In this document: piece by piece, positions 1 to 9,887 of the stretch
Layout of the letters: each line of letters begins with the position of its first letter
Numbering within the stretch: the first letter of the stretch is position 1
Assembly: GCA_964291285.2 (NCBI GenBank)
Contig: OZ219787.1
Location: 160,001-224,000 of the forward strand
Direction: 5' to 3'
Length of the DNA stretch: 64,000 nucleotides
DNA from: Alphaproteobacteria bacterium
GTDB taxonomy: Bacteria; Pseudomonadota; Alphaproteobacteria; Bin95
Notes under the pieces: generated by a model
What the model was told of the DNA's origin: nothing
The model's input: the letters and a program-made list of their open reading frames with translations, nothing else
Database searches by the model: none
Position numbers and translations under genes: made by a program

Positions 1-1
1 C

Positions 2-1666
2 GTCGACCACCAGCACGGTCTTCCGGAAGGCTGCACGCATTTCCCTGGCGCCCTTGCGGGTCAGCCGCCCCTCGGCGATGCCGGCATTGCGGGCGAGGAA
101 GCGTTGCAGGGTCTCGGTCTCGATCCCGGCTTCGGCAGCCAATGTGCGCGCCGCCGAGGCGGACGGCGCGACGCCGATCGTGCGGTAGCCGCTCTTCGCG
201 GCAAGCTGTCGGGCGCGGTCGAGCATGGTGGTCTTGCCGGTGCCGGCATAGCCCTGCACGCCGACCACCCGGTCCTTCGAGGACAGGATGGTCCTGACCG
301 CCTCCGTCTGGCCCACGGTGAGGCGGCCGTTGTGCAGGAGCGGCCCCGCGATCCAGCTGCGCATCACGGGGCGCGAGGCGCCCTGGCCGCGTTCCATCAG
401 CGCGATGGTCTCCTTCTCGTCCGCCACCGCCTTGTCGGTGGTGAGCGACTCGCCCCATTGCGGAAGGCCGCAGGCGTGCAGCGTCCCTTCCTTCTCCAGC
501 CGCGCGACGGCGGCCTCTGCCTCTTCGATGCTGACCGATCCCGGTTTCCACGCCAGCGCGGCGGCGAGCAGGTCGGTCTTCGCGAACACCGCCTCGCGCT
601 CGGACAGGTGCTCCACCGCCCAGGCCATCGCGGCGTCCGCCGGGGATTGCGGCGGGGGATCGAACAGGTCGCCCTGGCGAACCGCCGCGCCGTCCGGTTC
701 CGGCCCCCGACCGGACGCGCGATCCTTACCCGGGGCGTCCCGGCTCCACGCCACCGCGTCGGCCGTCAGCGCCTTCGCGTCGAAGCCCAGCCCCTCCACC
801 TGGCGCTGCCACATCTCCCGCAGTTCGGCGCGGTCGACATCGCGCTTCGCCGCCCGGGTCATCAGCGCCGCGCGCTGGGCGGCGCGCTGGTTTTCCGCCG
901 GCGTGCCCAGGCCGCGCCCGTCCATCGCCGCCTCGATCTCCGCGCGGCGGGTGGAAAAGGTATCGATCACGTCCCGCGAGACGCCGACGATCTCGAACCG
1001 TCCGTCGGCATGGGTCTTCTCCAGGCTATAGCCGAGCGAGGCAAGTTCCCGCGCGAGCTCGCCCCGGTAGAGCGCGCCGACCAGCATCTTCGAGGCATAG
1101 AGCCTCTCGTTGGCCATGGTGCGCCACTTGCCGTCCTCGCCCTGCACCATGTTGGCGATCACCGCATGAGTGTGGAGCTGCGGGTCGAGGTTGCGCGAGG
1201 TCTCGTGGGTGAAGGTGGCGATCACCGCCTTCTGGTCCCCGGCGCGGACCATTCCCCCGCCGTTCGGCGCCTTCATCCGGGTCTCGATCACGTTCCTTTC
1301 GACCCAGGCAAGAGTCCGCTTCACCGCCCGGCCGTGCGCCTCGGCGACGCGGGCGTCGCCGCCCACCAGCGCGGCGAGGGAGACCGATTTCGGGGCCGAG
1401 AGGGTGAGGTCGCGGCCGGGCCGGTGGACGATATCGCCGTCCTTGCCGGGACGGCCCAGTTGCGGGCCGTCCGGCACCCGGCCTTCAAGGGTCGCGGTGA
1501 AGGCGTCCGGATCGACCGGGCCGGAAAGGCCCAGCGCCTTCGCACCCTTGCCGGCCCAGGCGCTGGCATCGCGGTGCTCGGCGGAATCCTTCGCGTAATA
1601 GCCGTCCCTCTCGTAGTAGCTCACGCCCTGGGACGGCGCGGCGACGGCGCCGATCGAGGCGACCAT
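2..1666 (-). CDS. trwC: MOBF (TrwC/TraI-type) conjugative relaxase-helicase, 3' end outside the window
   Basis: Missing from the ORF track; translated by hand from ATG at 1666: SYYERDGYY (catalytic Tyr), DLTLSAPKSVS, HETSRNLDPQLHTHAVIAN (HUH), helicase Walker A QGYAGTGKTT. Confidence 0.93.
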   Translation of the reverse strand, partial: MVASIGAVAAPSQGVSYYERDGYYAKDSAEHRDASAWAGKGAKALGLSGPVDPDAFTATLEGRVPDGPQLGRPGKDGDIVHRPGRDLTLSAPKSVSLAALVGGDARVAEAHGRAVKRTLAWVERNVIETRMKAPNGGGMVRAGDQKAVIATFTHETSRNLDPQLHTHAVIANMVQGEDGKWRTMANERLYASKMLVGALYRGELARELASLGYSLEKTHADGRFEIVGVSRDVIDTFSTRRAEIEAAMDGRGLGTPAENQRAAQRAALMTRAAKRDVDRAELREMWQRQVEGLGFDAKALTADAVAWSRDAPGKDRASGRGPEPDGAAVRQGDLFDPPPQSPADAAMAWAVEHLSEREAVFAKTDLLAAALAWKPGSVSIEEAEAAVARLEKEGTLHACGLPQWGESLTTDKAVADEKETIALMERGQGASRPVMRSWIAGPLLHNGRLTVGQTEAVRTILSSKDRVVGVQGYAGTGKTTMLDRARQLAAKSGYRTIGVAPSASAARTLAAEAGIETETLQRFLARNAGIAEGRLTRKGAREMRAAFRKTVLVVD

Positions 1667-2460
1667 CAGTAGAATTGCTCGCCCGGCTCGCGCCTGCGCA
1701 TAACTGCCTTGCCGCCGGGCGCCTTGTCCGTCTTCGTCCTGTCCGGGCGGCTTTCGGGATCGGCGGGGGCCGGTTTGGCCGGGACTGCGGCATCGCCGGC
1801 CGGTTCCGCGCTCTCCGGCGACGGCAGGCCCGGCGCCCGTGCCGGCGGCAGGGATTCCGGTGCCGTTGCGGGCTGATCGGCAACGTGGCCGCCTCCCGCC
1901 AGCCGCTCGACCTCGGCAGGGGACACCAACAGCACGCCGACCCTGCCGCTCCGGCGGGCGAGCGCCGCGATCAGTTCGCCGTCGCTCCAATCGTCCGGGT
2001 GCTCCGTCCGGCCCGCATATCCGGGCCGGGCCCGCGGCGCCGGCTCGACGACCGTCCCGCGCCCGCCCACGAACCGCCGCAGGCGCACCGCGGCTCCCAC
2101 CCCTATCCACATCCCGAACAGGGCAAGCCCTGTGCACGCGCCCAGCACCGCGCGGTTCGCCGCCAGGGAGAATATCTTTCGGCGGGCCAGCCACGCCTCC
2201 GGCATGACATAGGCGAGGCGGTAACGCTCCACAGTAATGGTTTCGCCGGCCGCCGTGCGGTAATCGACAACCCCGTAATCGTCGAAGCCGACGCCCAGCA
2301 TGGCCTCGACCAGCGTGAACTTCCAGGCCGCGTACCAGTCGTGTCCGGTCGTGCCGAGCGCAAGCGCGATACCGGCGACCAGCACCGCCATGCCGGCGGC
2401 GCAGACCCCTGCCACCACCAGCGGCAGGAGCCATATGTCTCTGTCAGGCATGACGGACAT
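1666..2460 (-). CDS. Membrane protein resembling the N-terminal TM part of a TraD/TrwB coupling protein, no ATPase domain
   Basis: Two hydrophobic segments and a Pro/Ala-rich tail; its stop overlaps the relaxase start (TGATG); no Walker A motif. Confidence 0.5.
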   Translation of the reverse strand: MSVMPDRDIWLLPLVVAGVCAAGMAVLVAGIALALGTTGHDWYAAWKFTLVEAMLGVGFDDYGVVDYRTAAGETITVERYRLAYVMPEAWLARRKIFSLAANRAVLGACTGLALFGMWIGVGAAVRLRRFVGGRGTVVEPAPRARPGYAGRTEHPDDWSDGELIAALARRSGRVGVLLVSPAEVERLAGGGHVADQPATAPESLPPARAPGLPSPESAEPAGDAAVPAKPAPADPESRPDRTKTDKAPGGKAVMRRREPGEQFY

Positions 2461-2670
2461 CCCCGCGTCCGGGGACGCCCGGGTTCACGGCGATGTCCGC
2501 CGCGCGGCCCCGCCCCCGGCGCCGACGCCTCCGTTCCGGCGTCCCCTGCGGCCGGCGGTCCATGCCTCCAGGTCCGTCTCCGTGTAGCGCACGCAGCCCC
2601 CGAAACGGTAATACCAGGGACCCGCCCCGGTAATCCGGTATCGGGCCAGCGTGCCCGGGGACAGCCTTAG

Positions 2671-4684
2671 CCCGACTTCCGCAACTCGGGGGTCATGAGG
2701 ATGCTAACTCATTGAATAGCCTTGATCGTCTCCCCGAGGGTCGGCACTACAAGGCGGCGAACGGAGAGGCGGCGCCGTGTGCCGTCAGGCGGAGATCCGG
2801 GGTGCGGGTTGCTGCGGCCAGGTCATGCCGAGCTGTTGCAGCAGTAGCTCGTGCTCCTTGTTCGGCCGGGTGTGGCGCGGCAGGACGAGGTGCCGGCCGT
2901 CGGTGGTTGGCAGATGGACGTCCACCATCTGGATGGTGGCGAAGGCCTCAAGGATGGCGCGTGGGGTGAGGCCCGGGGCGCGCGGCCGGGCGAGGTTCTT
3001 CAGGGTCACCAGCAGGCAGTAGGCGATGAACGAGACGAAGATATGCGCCTCGATGCGCTCTTGGCGCTGATGGAAGATGGGGCGGATCGCGAGGTCGTGC
3101 TTGAGTTCCTTGAACGCCTGCTCGATCTCGACGAGCTGCATGTACAGATGCCACAGCGTGGCGGGGTCTTCGGCGACCATGTTGGATCGCAGCAGGTAAC
3201 GGCCCTCGCGGCGGCGGACCTGGCGCAGCCGGTCGCGCTGCAGGCGGAATGAGAAGCCGTTGGCGGCGAGTTCGCTGTCGGTCCCGGGCACGGTGATGTC
3301 GACCAGGCTCCAGGCCCGGCCGGCCTCCTTCCTGGCGGCGCCGAGCTTGAGCAACAACTGATCCCGGCTGTTCGACTGCCCTTGCAACTCGGCCAATCGA
3401 CGCCACAGCCTCTTCAGCCGGCGCCGGCGCATGCCGCGTTCCTTCACCTGCCGCCCCTCGCTGCGCACCAGGACGTAGAGCTCGCCATCCTCGACCAGAA
3501 GCTTGACAGTCACGGACTGGCGCACCTCCTGCCAGGGCAGGCCCAGGAACACCTTCTCGAGCCGCGTCAGCCGGCCCTTGGGCGTGCCCACCAGGTAGCG
3601 CACCGGCGCCTCGCCCTCGCGCATCGCGGCCAGCGTCTCCTCGGTGGGGATGCCGCGGTCCATGATCCACACCCGCTCGGAGCGGCCATACTGATCCTCG
3701 ATCTTCTTGAGGAACGCCGCCAGCGTGGTGTCGTCGGAGGTGTTGCCCGGCATCACCTCATAGGCCAGCGGAAAGCCCTGCGGCGTAACGATCAGGGCGA
3801 TCACCACCTGCACGCAGTCGGGCCGCTTGTCCCGGCTGTAGCCGAAGCGGCGCTTGTCATCGAACGGCGGATCGCTCTCGAAGTAGGTCGAGGTCAGGTC
3901 GTAGAGCAGCACGTCGAAGCGCGCCTCGAACAGCGTCGCCCAGCGGTCGCGCAGAAACGAGAAGAAGCCCTGCTTGTGCGCCAGCAGCTTGTCGAGACAG
4001 CGATAGAGTGTGTCGTCGGCGATCGCCCGCTCGCCACCCAGAAGATCGCGAAGCGCGCTGTGCTCATACCAGTGACGGTGAAGGCGCCACTCGCTGCCCG
4101 GGTCGATCAGCCGGTAGCAGACCTGGATCTTCAGGATGTCCAGCCACCGCGTGCCTTGCCGGCTCGCCGGCAGCCGCTCTTCCCAGAAGCGGTCCAGGTC
4201 CAGGCGGTCCCACAAGGACAGCGCCAGCCAGCACGCCCCCCACTGGCGCGGGTCGTGAAGCGCCACCTGCGAGAGGTCGATCTTCACCACTTCGCAAGTC
4301 AGCGCCGGCGCCTCCCGGTCCTCGGGAAACAGCGCCATCTGCCGTGATCGCGACTTGCCCTCCACCACCTCGATCGAGCGGCACCACGCCGCTCGCTGGC
4401 TGTCGTTGATCTCCCCGAGATAGAGCACCTGACGCTGAACAACCCGACCGCCGTGGACCCGGACGTTCTCCACAACGCTCCAGTAGCGGTGCTCCTTGCC
4501 GTCCTTGAAGCGTCTCTTGCAGCGCACGAACATCAGCGCAGCGTCCGGATCTTCGCCAGCCCGATCAAGGGGGTAGGTCGGCACTACAAGCCGGTCCCGA
4601 GAGGTACTGCACCGAAATCCGACACTTCTCGCGCCGGAAAACCGTCAAATCAGTCGATTCTCAAGCCGAGTTGCGGAAGTCGGG
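2671..4684 (-). mobile_element. IS1634-family insertion sequence, complete, 2014 bp
   Basis: Terminal IRs CCCGACTTCCGCAACTCGG; 4-bp TSD TTAG on both sides. Confidence 0.92.
2785..4584 (-). CDS. IS1634-family DDE transposase
   Basis: YDLTSTYFE, GYSRDKRPD, WIMDRG, IEQAFKELK motifs. Confidence 0.92.
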   Translation of the reverse strand: MPTYPLDRAGEDPDAALMFVRCKRRFKDGKEHRYWSVVENVRVHGGRVVQRQVLYLGEINDSQRAAWCRSIEVVEGKSRSRQMALFPEDREAPALTCEVVKIDLSQVALHDPRQWGACWLALSLWDRLDLDRFWEERLPASRQGTRWLDILKIQVCYRLIDPGSEWRLHRHWYEHSALRDLLGGERAIADDTLYRCLDKLLAHKQGFFSFLRDRWATLFEARFDVLLYDLTSTYFESDPPFDDKRRFGYSRDKRPDCVQVVIALIVTPQGFPLAYEVMPGNTSDDTTLAAFLKKIEDQYGRSERVWIMDRGIPTEETLAAMREGEAPVRYLVGTPKGRLTRLEKVFLGLPWQEVRQSVTVKLLVEDGELYVLVRSEGRQVKERGMRRRRLKRLWRRLAELQGQSNSRDQLLLKLGAARKEAGRAWSLVDITVPGTDSELAANGFSFRLQRDRLRQVRRREGRYLLRSNMVAEDPATLWHLYMQLVEIEQAFKELKHDLAIRPIFHQRQERIEAHIFVSFIAYCLLVTLKNLARPRAPGLTPRAILEAFATIQMVDVHLPTTDGRHLVLPRHTRPNKEHELLLQQLGMTWPQQPAPRISA

Positions 4685-5435
4685 TTAGCCGCGCCGCCGC
4701 CTCGCGGGTGTCCACATAGCCCCGGTCCTCGCGGCGCCGGGCCAATGGCTCCGGTTCAGGGTCACGGTCTTCGCGCCGGGCGGGCGGCTCCGGAGACGGC
4801 AGCGGGGCGCCGGTCAGGATCGCCGGCATCGCGCCGGCGCGGGCACGTATCTCGCGCCACTCGGCAGGGCTGGCGTGCGACTTCATCGCCGCGCGCACCG
4901 CTTCGACCGTTGCCAGCTTCGGCGACACGCCCCCCAGCAGTTGCGACACAAAGGAGGGGTTGCCCGTCGCTTCCCGTCCGAGCAGCGAGCGCTTGACCCC
5001 CGTCACCGCGAGAAAGGCATCCACTTCCCGGCGAAAGGCGGGGCCGGCCGGCAGTTCGCCCATCACGGCGAGCGCCCGGTCCACCGTCCCGAGACGCGGA
5101 CTGCGGCCGTCGCGCAGCGAGGCGACAAAGCCGCGGTCGCGGTACACGGCGGCGCCGAACGTCCCCGCGCTTGTTCCGTTCCCGGCGCACCAGACCTCTA
5201 TCGCCCGCAGAAACCGGGCCGCCAAGCCACCGGCCGATCCTGTCTCCGATCCCTTCATGCGGAGACAGATAGGGGCAGCGGAGGGGCACGCAAACCGCTT
5301 TCGGTATGGCAATTCCTGCGTTTCATACCCCTGGCGCCGCCAGGCGCCGCATGCCGCATCAGGGCAATGAAAAAAACCTGGCCCGGCGCCCCGAACGGTC
5401 CGGTGTGTCGATAGAGGAACTGGTTCGCCGCCTGA

Positions 5436-5470
5436 TACCAACGGTCGTTGATTGGAACCTATAGCAGAGC
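5436..5470 (+). other. Candidate MOBF oriT/nic site
   Basis: Hairpin CAACG-GT-CGTTG followed by ATTGGAACCT|ATAGCAG, similar to R388/pKM101 nic contexts; intergenic, upstream of the relaxase operon. Confidence 0.35.
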
Positions 5471-5790
5471 CGCCCTCCGCAGCTCGCCTCCTGAGCCGAG
5501 GCCTCCTACTGCAAGAGGTAATCTCCGCCGAGAGAGGCTAATCGGTTCTTATCTGTGGCCGGTGGTATGACACCGTCCGAAGTCTCTGCGCGGCATTCCG
5601 GGGATAAGCACGGCATCAAGCTTCCACCCCCGCAGCGTGGCGGCTACAGGCCGCCGACAGGCGCCGCGCGGAGTGCCTGGCATTTCGCCGGGTGCGGAAC
5701 AGCAGGCGTTGACCCGCCGATGAGATGTGCCAAGCTGCAACGCACCCCTCGGCGACGAGTGGACGGCGGCCGGGAAAGAGAAGAGCATCC

Positions 5791-6243
5791 GTGAACATTC
5801 AGGCGCACGACGAACTCAAGGCCAGTATCTGGGAAATCGCGAACCGGCTCAGGGGGCCGTACCGGCCCCCGCAATATCGGCTGGTCATGCTGCCCCTGGT
5901 CGTCCTGCGCCGGCTCGACTGTGTCCTGGAGCCGACCAGGGAGGCCGTTCTCAAGAAGCACAGGGAGCTTGAAGCGCAACAGATGCCCGCAGCGGCGATG
6001 GACCGCCTGCTTGGGAAGGCCGCCGACCCGAACCGGAAACACCCCCTCTACAACACCAGCCCCTATACCTTCGCCCGACTGCTCGGCGATGCCGAGAACA
6101 TCGCGCCGAATCTCGGCTCGTTCATCAGCGGCTTTTCCCCGACCGCACGACGTATCTTCGAACGCTTCAAGTTCGCCGACCAGATCGAGAAGCTCGACGC
6201 CAGCAACCGGCTCTTCGCAATGGGGATTATATGCAATCCTTGA
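5791..6243 (+). pseudogene. hsdM: Type I R-M methyltransferase HsdM, N-terminal fragment only
   Basis: IWEIANRLRGPYRPPQYRLVMLPLVVLRRLDCVLEPT motif; ends after ~150 aa, before the catalytic domain. Confidence 0.85.
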
Positions 6244-6682
6244 CATTTTCTTCGTTCCCGAGGCGTGTGCGCTGTGGGGACTTTTGATCGCGCGCGGCTG
6301 AATTTTGGCGGCCGGCTATCGCCTGCCCTGCCGCCACGTGGTTGCAGACTGCCGTGATCCGGCGCGAGGCAGGTACATTCGCCTCTCGAATTACAATCTT
6401 CGAGCGCTTGACGCACTGCTTCGGTCGGTCGTAGCTGAATCGACCTTCCACGTTCCGGTATACCAGCGCGGCAGGCGCCTGCCCGCCCGGAATGCGCAGG
6501 CTGTACAGTATGCACCCCTGCGGGCCAAGGCTTGCAGGAGTGTAGATGACGCCGTCTTCCACCACCGCCGCCACAATGCGCGGATCGATCGAAGTGGGCG
6601 TCCTGTCCGTCTCGCCCGGCCCCGCGCATGCGGTGCCCAGGGCCATTACGGGTCCCAGGGTGAAGAAAAACGCGCGGATCAA
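6227..6682 (-). CDS. Small putative lipoprotein/secreted protein downstream of the subtilase
   Basis: Hydrophobic N-terminus ending LGTAC; start 5 nt after the subtilase stop; start codon uncertain. Confidence 0.5.
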   Translation of the reverse strand: MIRAFFFTLGPVMALGTACAGPGETDRTPTSIDPRIVAAVVEDGVIYTPASLGPQGCILYSLRIPGGQAPAALVYRNVEGRFSYDRPKQCVKRSKIVIREANVPASRRITAVCNHVAAGQAIAGRQNSAARDQKSPQRTRLGNEENVKDCI

Positions 6683-6686
6683 CGGA

Positions 6687-9098
6687 TCACCACCTGATTC
6701 GGTATGCGAACCCGATACCGCTCTCCGATACTCCGGGGACATGACCGGCATTCATCGAATGGCTGATCTCGACCGCGATGTTGCCACCGGGGGCTTCGCG
6801 CTCGTGAGACAGGGCGAAGCGCACCGCTCTCGCATCGGGCCGCAGCGGAATACGGTACTCGTCACGAAGTCTTCTGCCGCTCTCCATGCGCCCGTTCTCG
6901 ACACGAAACGTTCCGGTTCCCGACTCCGCCCGCAGTGGCTGTTCGACCGTCAGTCCCGTGCTTGCGGTACCTATTCGCATCGACGCCGCTGACATCACCG
7001 AGGGCGAAGCCGAGAATATCGCGTCATCCTCGTACCGCGGCATGCTCCAGGCCAGGGTGCCTTCGGCATGCAGCGTCCAGCCACTACCCAGCTCCTGCCC
7101 GAATGCACGCGACATCCAGATCATGCCGGAGCGAAGGTCCGAGCCGAATGCGCCCGCGGTTTCGGAGCCAAGATATCCCGCACCATCCAAGCCGAGGCCG
7201 TAGCCCCACCCACCGGCATGCGGTCGGCGCGCGAGGCTCACCGAGGTCCGGCCAAGCCCCAGAACCCACTCCCGGTCATCCGGAAAAGCGCGCCCTGCCG
7301 CGCCCTTCAGCACTGCCCAATGCAGACCGAGTGCGCCCAGGCCGGCGGCTGGCATATCGACCTGTCCCGTGTCCGTGCTCGCGAATTCGGGGATCGTCGA
7401 GCGGCTGTCCGACCGCGCGGAGACCAGCCCTGAGAGGGGCACCCAGAACGGGAAACCCTGCTGATCGAACGCCGCCAGTTCGACATGGGCGACCCGTTGC
7501 GCGACCGAGCCATACGCGGCAGGGGGGCGAAGCCTCGTCAGGCCGAGCGACCGCGCCGACTGACCCGTATTGAGAGGGCCAATCGGCGAGAGCGCGGCGG
7601 CAATGTCCAGATGCCCCGCGCCATAGGTCTCGGCGTCCGCATAGATCCCGCTCCGATCGGCGGTATCGATCATCCGCCTCACAATCTGCGTGTTTCCGCG
7701 CGTCCCCCGGAAGTGCTCCTTGAGCAGCGCCAGTGCGCCGGAAACGACGGGTGCCGCATAGCTCGTGCCTTCCAATCCTTCTCCCGCAGCGCCGCGTCCG
7801 GGCCGGTTCGGGTCCGGAACGAGGCCGCGCACCGTGCCCGGGGCGACCAGGCAGTAGTGCCTTCCATGGCGTATGGCATTCCAGTCGGGCGGAAGAGGTC
7901 CGCACCGGTTGGAATAGCTCGCGATACGCCGCGTTTGCGGGTCCGTTGCCGCCACGGCGATGGTGTGCCCGCGCAGCTCCGGGTAAACGAAGGGCAGGAA
8001 GGCTCCAAGGCCCGGCAGCCGTGCACTCTCATTGCCCGCGGCGTATACGATGATGGTCTTGTCAGCGTCGCGTCTGTCGGTTTGCAATTCGGCCCTGAGG
8101 GTATCCGGCATATTCGCACGGTACCAATCGGTGGTGCGCACGTTGTCTAAAAGCGTGAGAAGGTTTGTCGGTTTTCCATAGGACCGGTTGATGATGTCGA
8201 ATTTTGCGTAGTGAGTCCGCACCACATCCGCGGTCTCCCGGTCGAACCGCCGACGCTCTGCCAGCGGCAGCCTTTCTATCTGGTGTCGCAGGAGCGTATT
8301 CGCATCGGCATCCGCGGACTGATCATTCGTCAGGTTCGTTGCAACCGGAATGATGGTGGCTTCCGGGGCGACACCGAGGTTGGTGCCCGCGGCGACGGAA
8401 GCCACGATGGTTCCGTGCTTCCCTCCCGGGCCATACGGTGTCGGGAGTTCGTGCCACCGGAACCATTCGCGGATGGTGCCGTCCCGGCTGTAATACTCAT
8501 CAAGAAAGAAAGCGCTGTCGTCGCGCGTGGACCAGCCGTCTTCACGGACAATTTGCTGTACCCACCGGTTGTGCGCTTCCTCGTCGCCCTGGCTGTTGCC
8601 TCGCCGAATGCGGCATGTGCCGCTTGTGCGGCAACGCCAGACATCGCTGAACGGCTCATCCCCGAACGGATGCTGATAGGACAGTTTCGCGCCATCCATA
8701 TCGCGCAGCCGGACCCTGCTCCCGAACTCGGCACTCTGCGTATAGTCAACGATGCTGTCCTCAATCCCGATGCGTACGCCACGGCCGGTCAGGCCCCTGG
8801 CGTAGGCATGGTGAGCGCCGATCTGCTCCAGCACGACGGGCTGATCCGTCGTGAAGCGGGCCGTGCCAAGATGATACGTCGGGTCGGCTGTCGCCGGTAG
8901 CGTGCCCGGACTCGGCTGCTTCCCTCCTCCCCCGCCGCCGCAGGCGGCGAGCAGAAAACCGCTGATGACGAGTGTGACCGTCGTGATGCGTCCGATGCCG
9001 CTCAGCGCGTCGCTGTCCTGGCCGCTGAACAGACGATCGTTGTCTGAACCACCCTCGACCGCGTCATCTCCGTTGCCGCCGGTCCGCTCGATAGCCAT
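6687..9098 (-). CDS. S8 (subtilisin-like) serine peptidase, lipoprotein, probable C-terminal beta-barrel
   Basis: IGIEDS, HGTIVASVAAG, YAAGN, GTSYAAPVVSG; lipobox LLAAC-GGGGGG; C-terminus ends FAYRIRW. Confidence 0.9.
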   Translation of the reverse strand: MAIERTGGNGDDAVEGGSDNDRLFSGQDSDALSGIGRITTVTLVISGFLLAACGGGGGGKQPSPGTLPATADPTYHLGTARFTTDQPVVLEQIGAHHAYARGLTGRGVRIGIEDSIVDYTQSAEFGSRVRLRDMDGAKLSYQHPFGDEPFSDVWRCRTSGTCRIRRGNSQGDEEAHNRWVQQIVREDGWSTRDDSAFFLDEYYSRDGTIREWFRWHELPTPYGPGGKHGTIVASVAAGTNLGVAPEATIIPVATNLTNDQSADADANTLLRHQIERLPLAERRRFDRETADVVRTHYAKFDIINRSYGKPTNLLTLLDNVRTTDWYRANMPDTLRAELQTDRRDADKTIIVYAAGNESARLPGLGAFLPFVYPELRGHTIAVAATDPQTRRIASYSNRCGPLPPDWNAIRHGRHYCLVAPGTVRGLVPDPNRPGRGAAGEGLEGTSYAAPVVSGALALLKEHFRGTRGNTQIVRRMIDTADRSGIYADAETYGAGHLDIAAALSPIGPLNTGQSARSLGLTRLRPPAAYGSVAQRVAHVELAAFDQQGFPFWVPLSGLVSARSDSRSTIPEFASTDTGQVDMPAAGLGALGLHWAVLKGAAGRAFPDDREWVLGLGRTSVSLARRPHAGGWGYGLGLDGAGYLGSETAGAFGSDLRSGMIWMSRAFGQELGSGWTLHAEGTLAWSMPRYEDDAIFSASPSVMSAASMRIGTASTGLTVEQPLRAESGTGTFRVENGRMESGRRLRDEYRIPLRPDARAVRFALSHEREAPGGNIAVEISHSMNAGHVPGVSESGIGFAYRIRW

Positions 9099-9128
9099 CG
9101 TCCCCTCCTGATCCCTTCACGGACGAAG

Positions 9129-9155
9129 ACTTTATCCCCCCCCCCCCGCCGTCAA
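9129..9155 (-). promoter_or_regulatory. sigma70-like promoter with a G12 tract in the spacer
   Basis: Minus strand TTGACG-15 nt (GC-G12-A)-TAAAGT, ~30 nt upstream of the S8 start. Confidence 0.55.
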
Positions 9156-9377
9156 GCAAGTCTGCCTCGATTCCCTGATACGCGCGGAAGGTGTGCCGGA
9201 TTGAGGCTGGCGATGCGGATTTTCGTGCCCAGCGATGGCGTCGTCGGAGCGTCGAGAGGTCGGATGAGGTTCGTTCGCCTGTCAGCGCCGGCTGGACGGC
9301 GCGTTTGGCGGTTCGGCGGACGAGCGGTCTGCCCCGGGCCTGCCGGTTTCGAGCGGGGACGAGGCGGGGTGCGCCGG

Positions 9378-9593
9378 GGCCTGGAGTTCCGCGCGGTAGC
9401 CGTCGTCGCCTGTGACGATGACATTCTGCCTCTCCAGTCGTGCATCGAGAGCGTCGCCGACCCGGCCGATCTGGAGGACGCCTACGGCATGGAACGGCAC
9501 CTGCTCTATGTCGCCTGCACCCGCGCCCACCTCCTGATGACAGGCGTCAGCCCGGCGTCCGAGTTCCTCGACGACCTGCGGTGCAACACATGA
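9378..9593 (+). pseudogene. UvrD-like SF1 helicase C-terminal remnant
   Basis: GLEFRAVAV and ERHLLYVACTRA (motifs V/VI) with no N-terminal domain. Confidence 0.75.
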
Positions 9594-9777
9594 CGCCGCC
9601 TCTCGGAGCGGCAGCAGAGGCCGAGGCGGTGCGCGGTCCTCACGGCTCGCTTGCCGCGACGATCCGGCTGTCGTGATGACATAGTGTTGATACGTTTCTG
9701 GAAATATCCTGTGTTCTCACTGTAATAGATTGTAATTGCTGTATTAATTCAGCCCTTCATCTGTCATGTCATTCAAA

Positions 9778-9887
9778 TCAAACGCTTCAAACGCATCGCC
9801 CTGCGCTGCGAAAAGACCGCCACAAACTTCAGCTCCTTCGTCGCACTCGCCGCTGCCTTCATCTTGATCAAATCCGTCCACAGGACC
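9778..9887 (+). mobile_element. IS5-family right-end remnant (110 bp)
   Basis: Matches the 3' end of the IS at 10912-11786, including CGTCCACAGGACC-TAG. Confidence 0.85.

Larger units (their letters stand above)
2485..5258 (-). pseudogene. Multi-HTH DNA-binding protein (two Cro-like repeats plus a C-terminal excisionase/AlpA-like HTH), split by IS1634
   Basis: Removing the IS and one TTAG copy rejoins ...YVDTREAAARL|RLSPGTLARYRITGAGPWYYRFGGCVRYTETDLEAW...; stop at 2485-2487. Confidence 0.8.

Noticed and set aside
104-1672. 522-aa plus-strand ORF
   Set aside because: Antisense shadow of the relaxase, which the ORF track missed because it runs off the window
9177-9190. GATACGCGCGGAA matching the end of the repeat core in copy C
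   Set aside because: Only 13 bp in GC-rich DNA, and the rest of the core is absent
9676-9777. AT-rich stretch that could be the end of another IS
   Set aside because: No partner end or transposase found in the window
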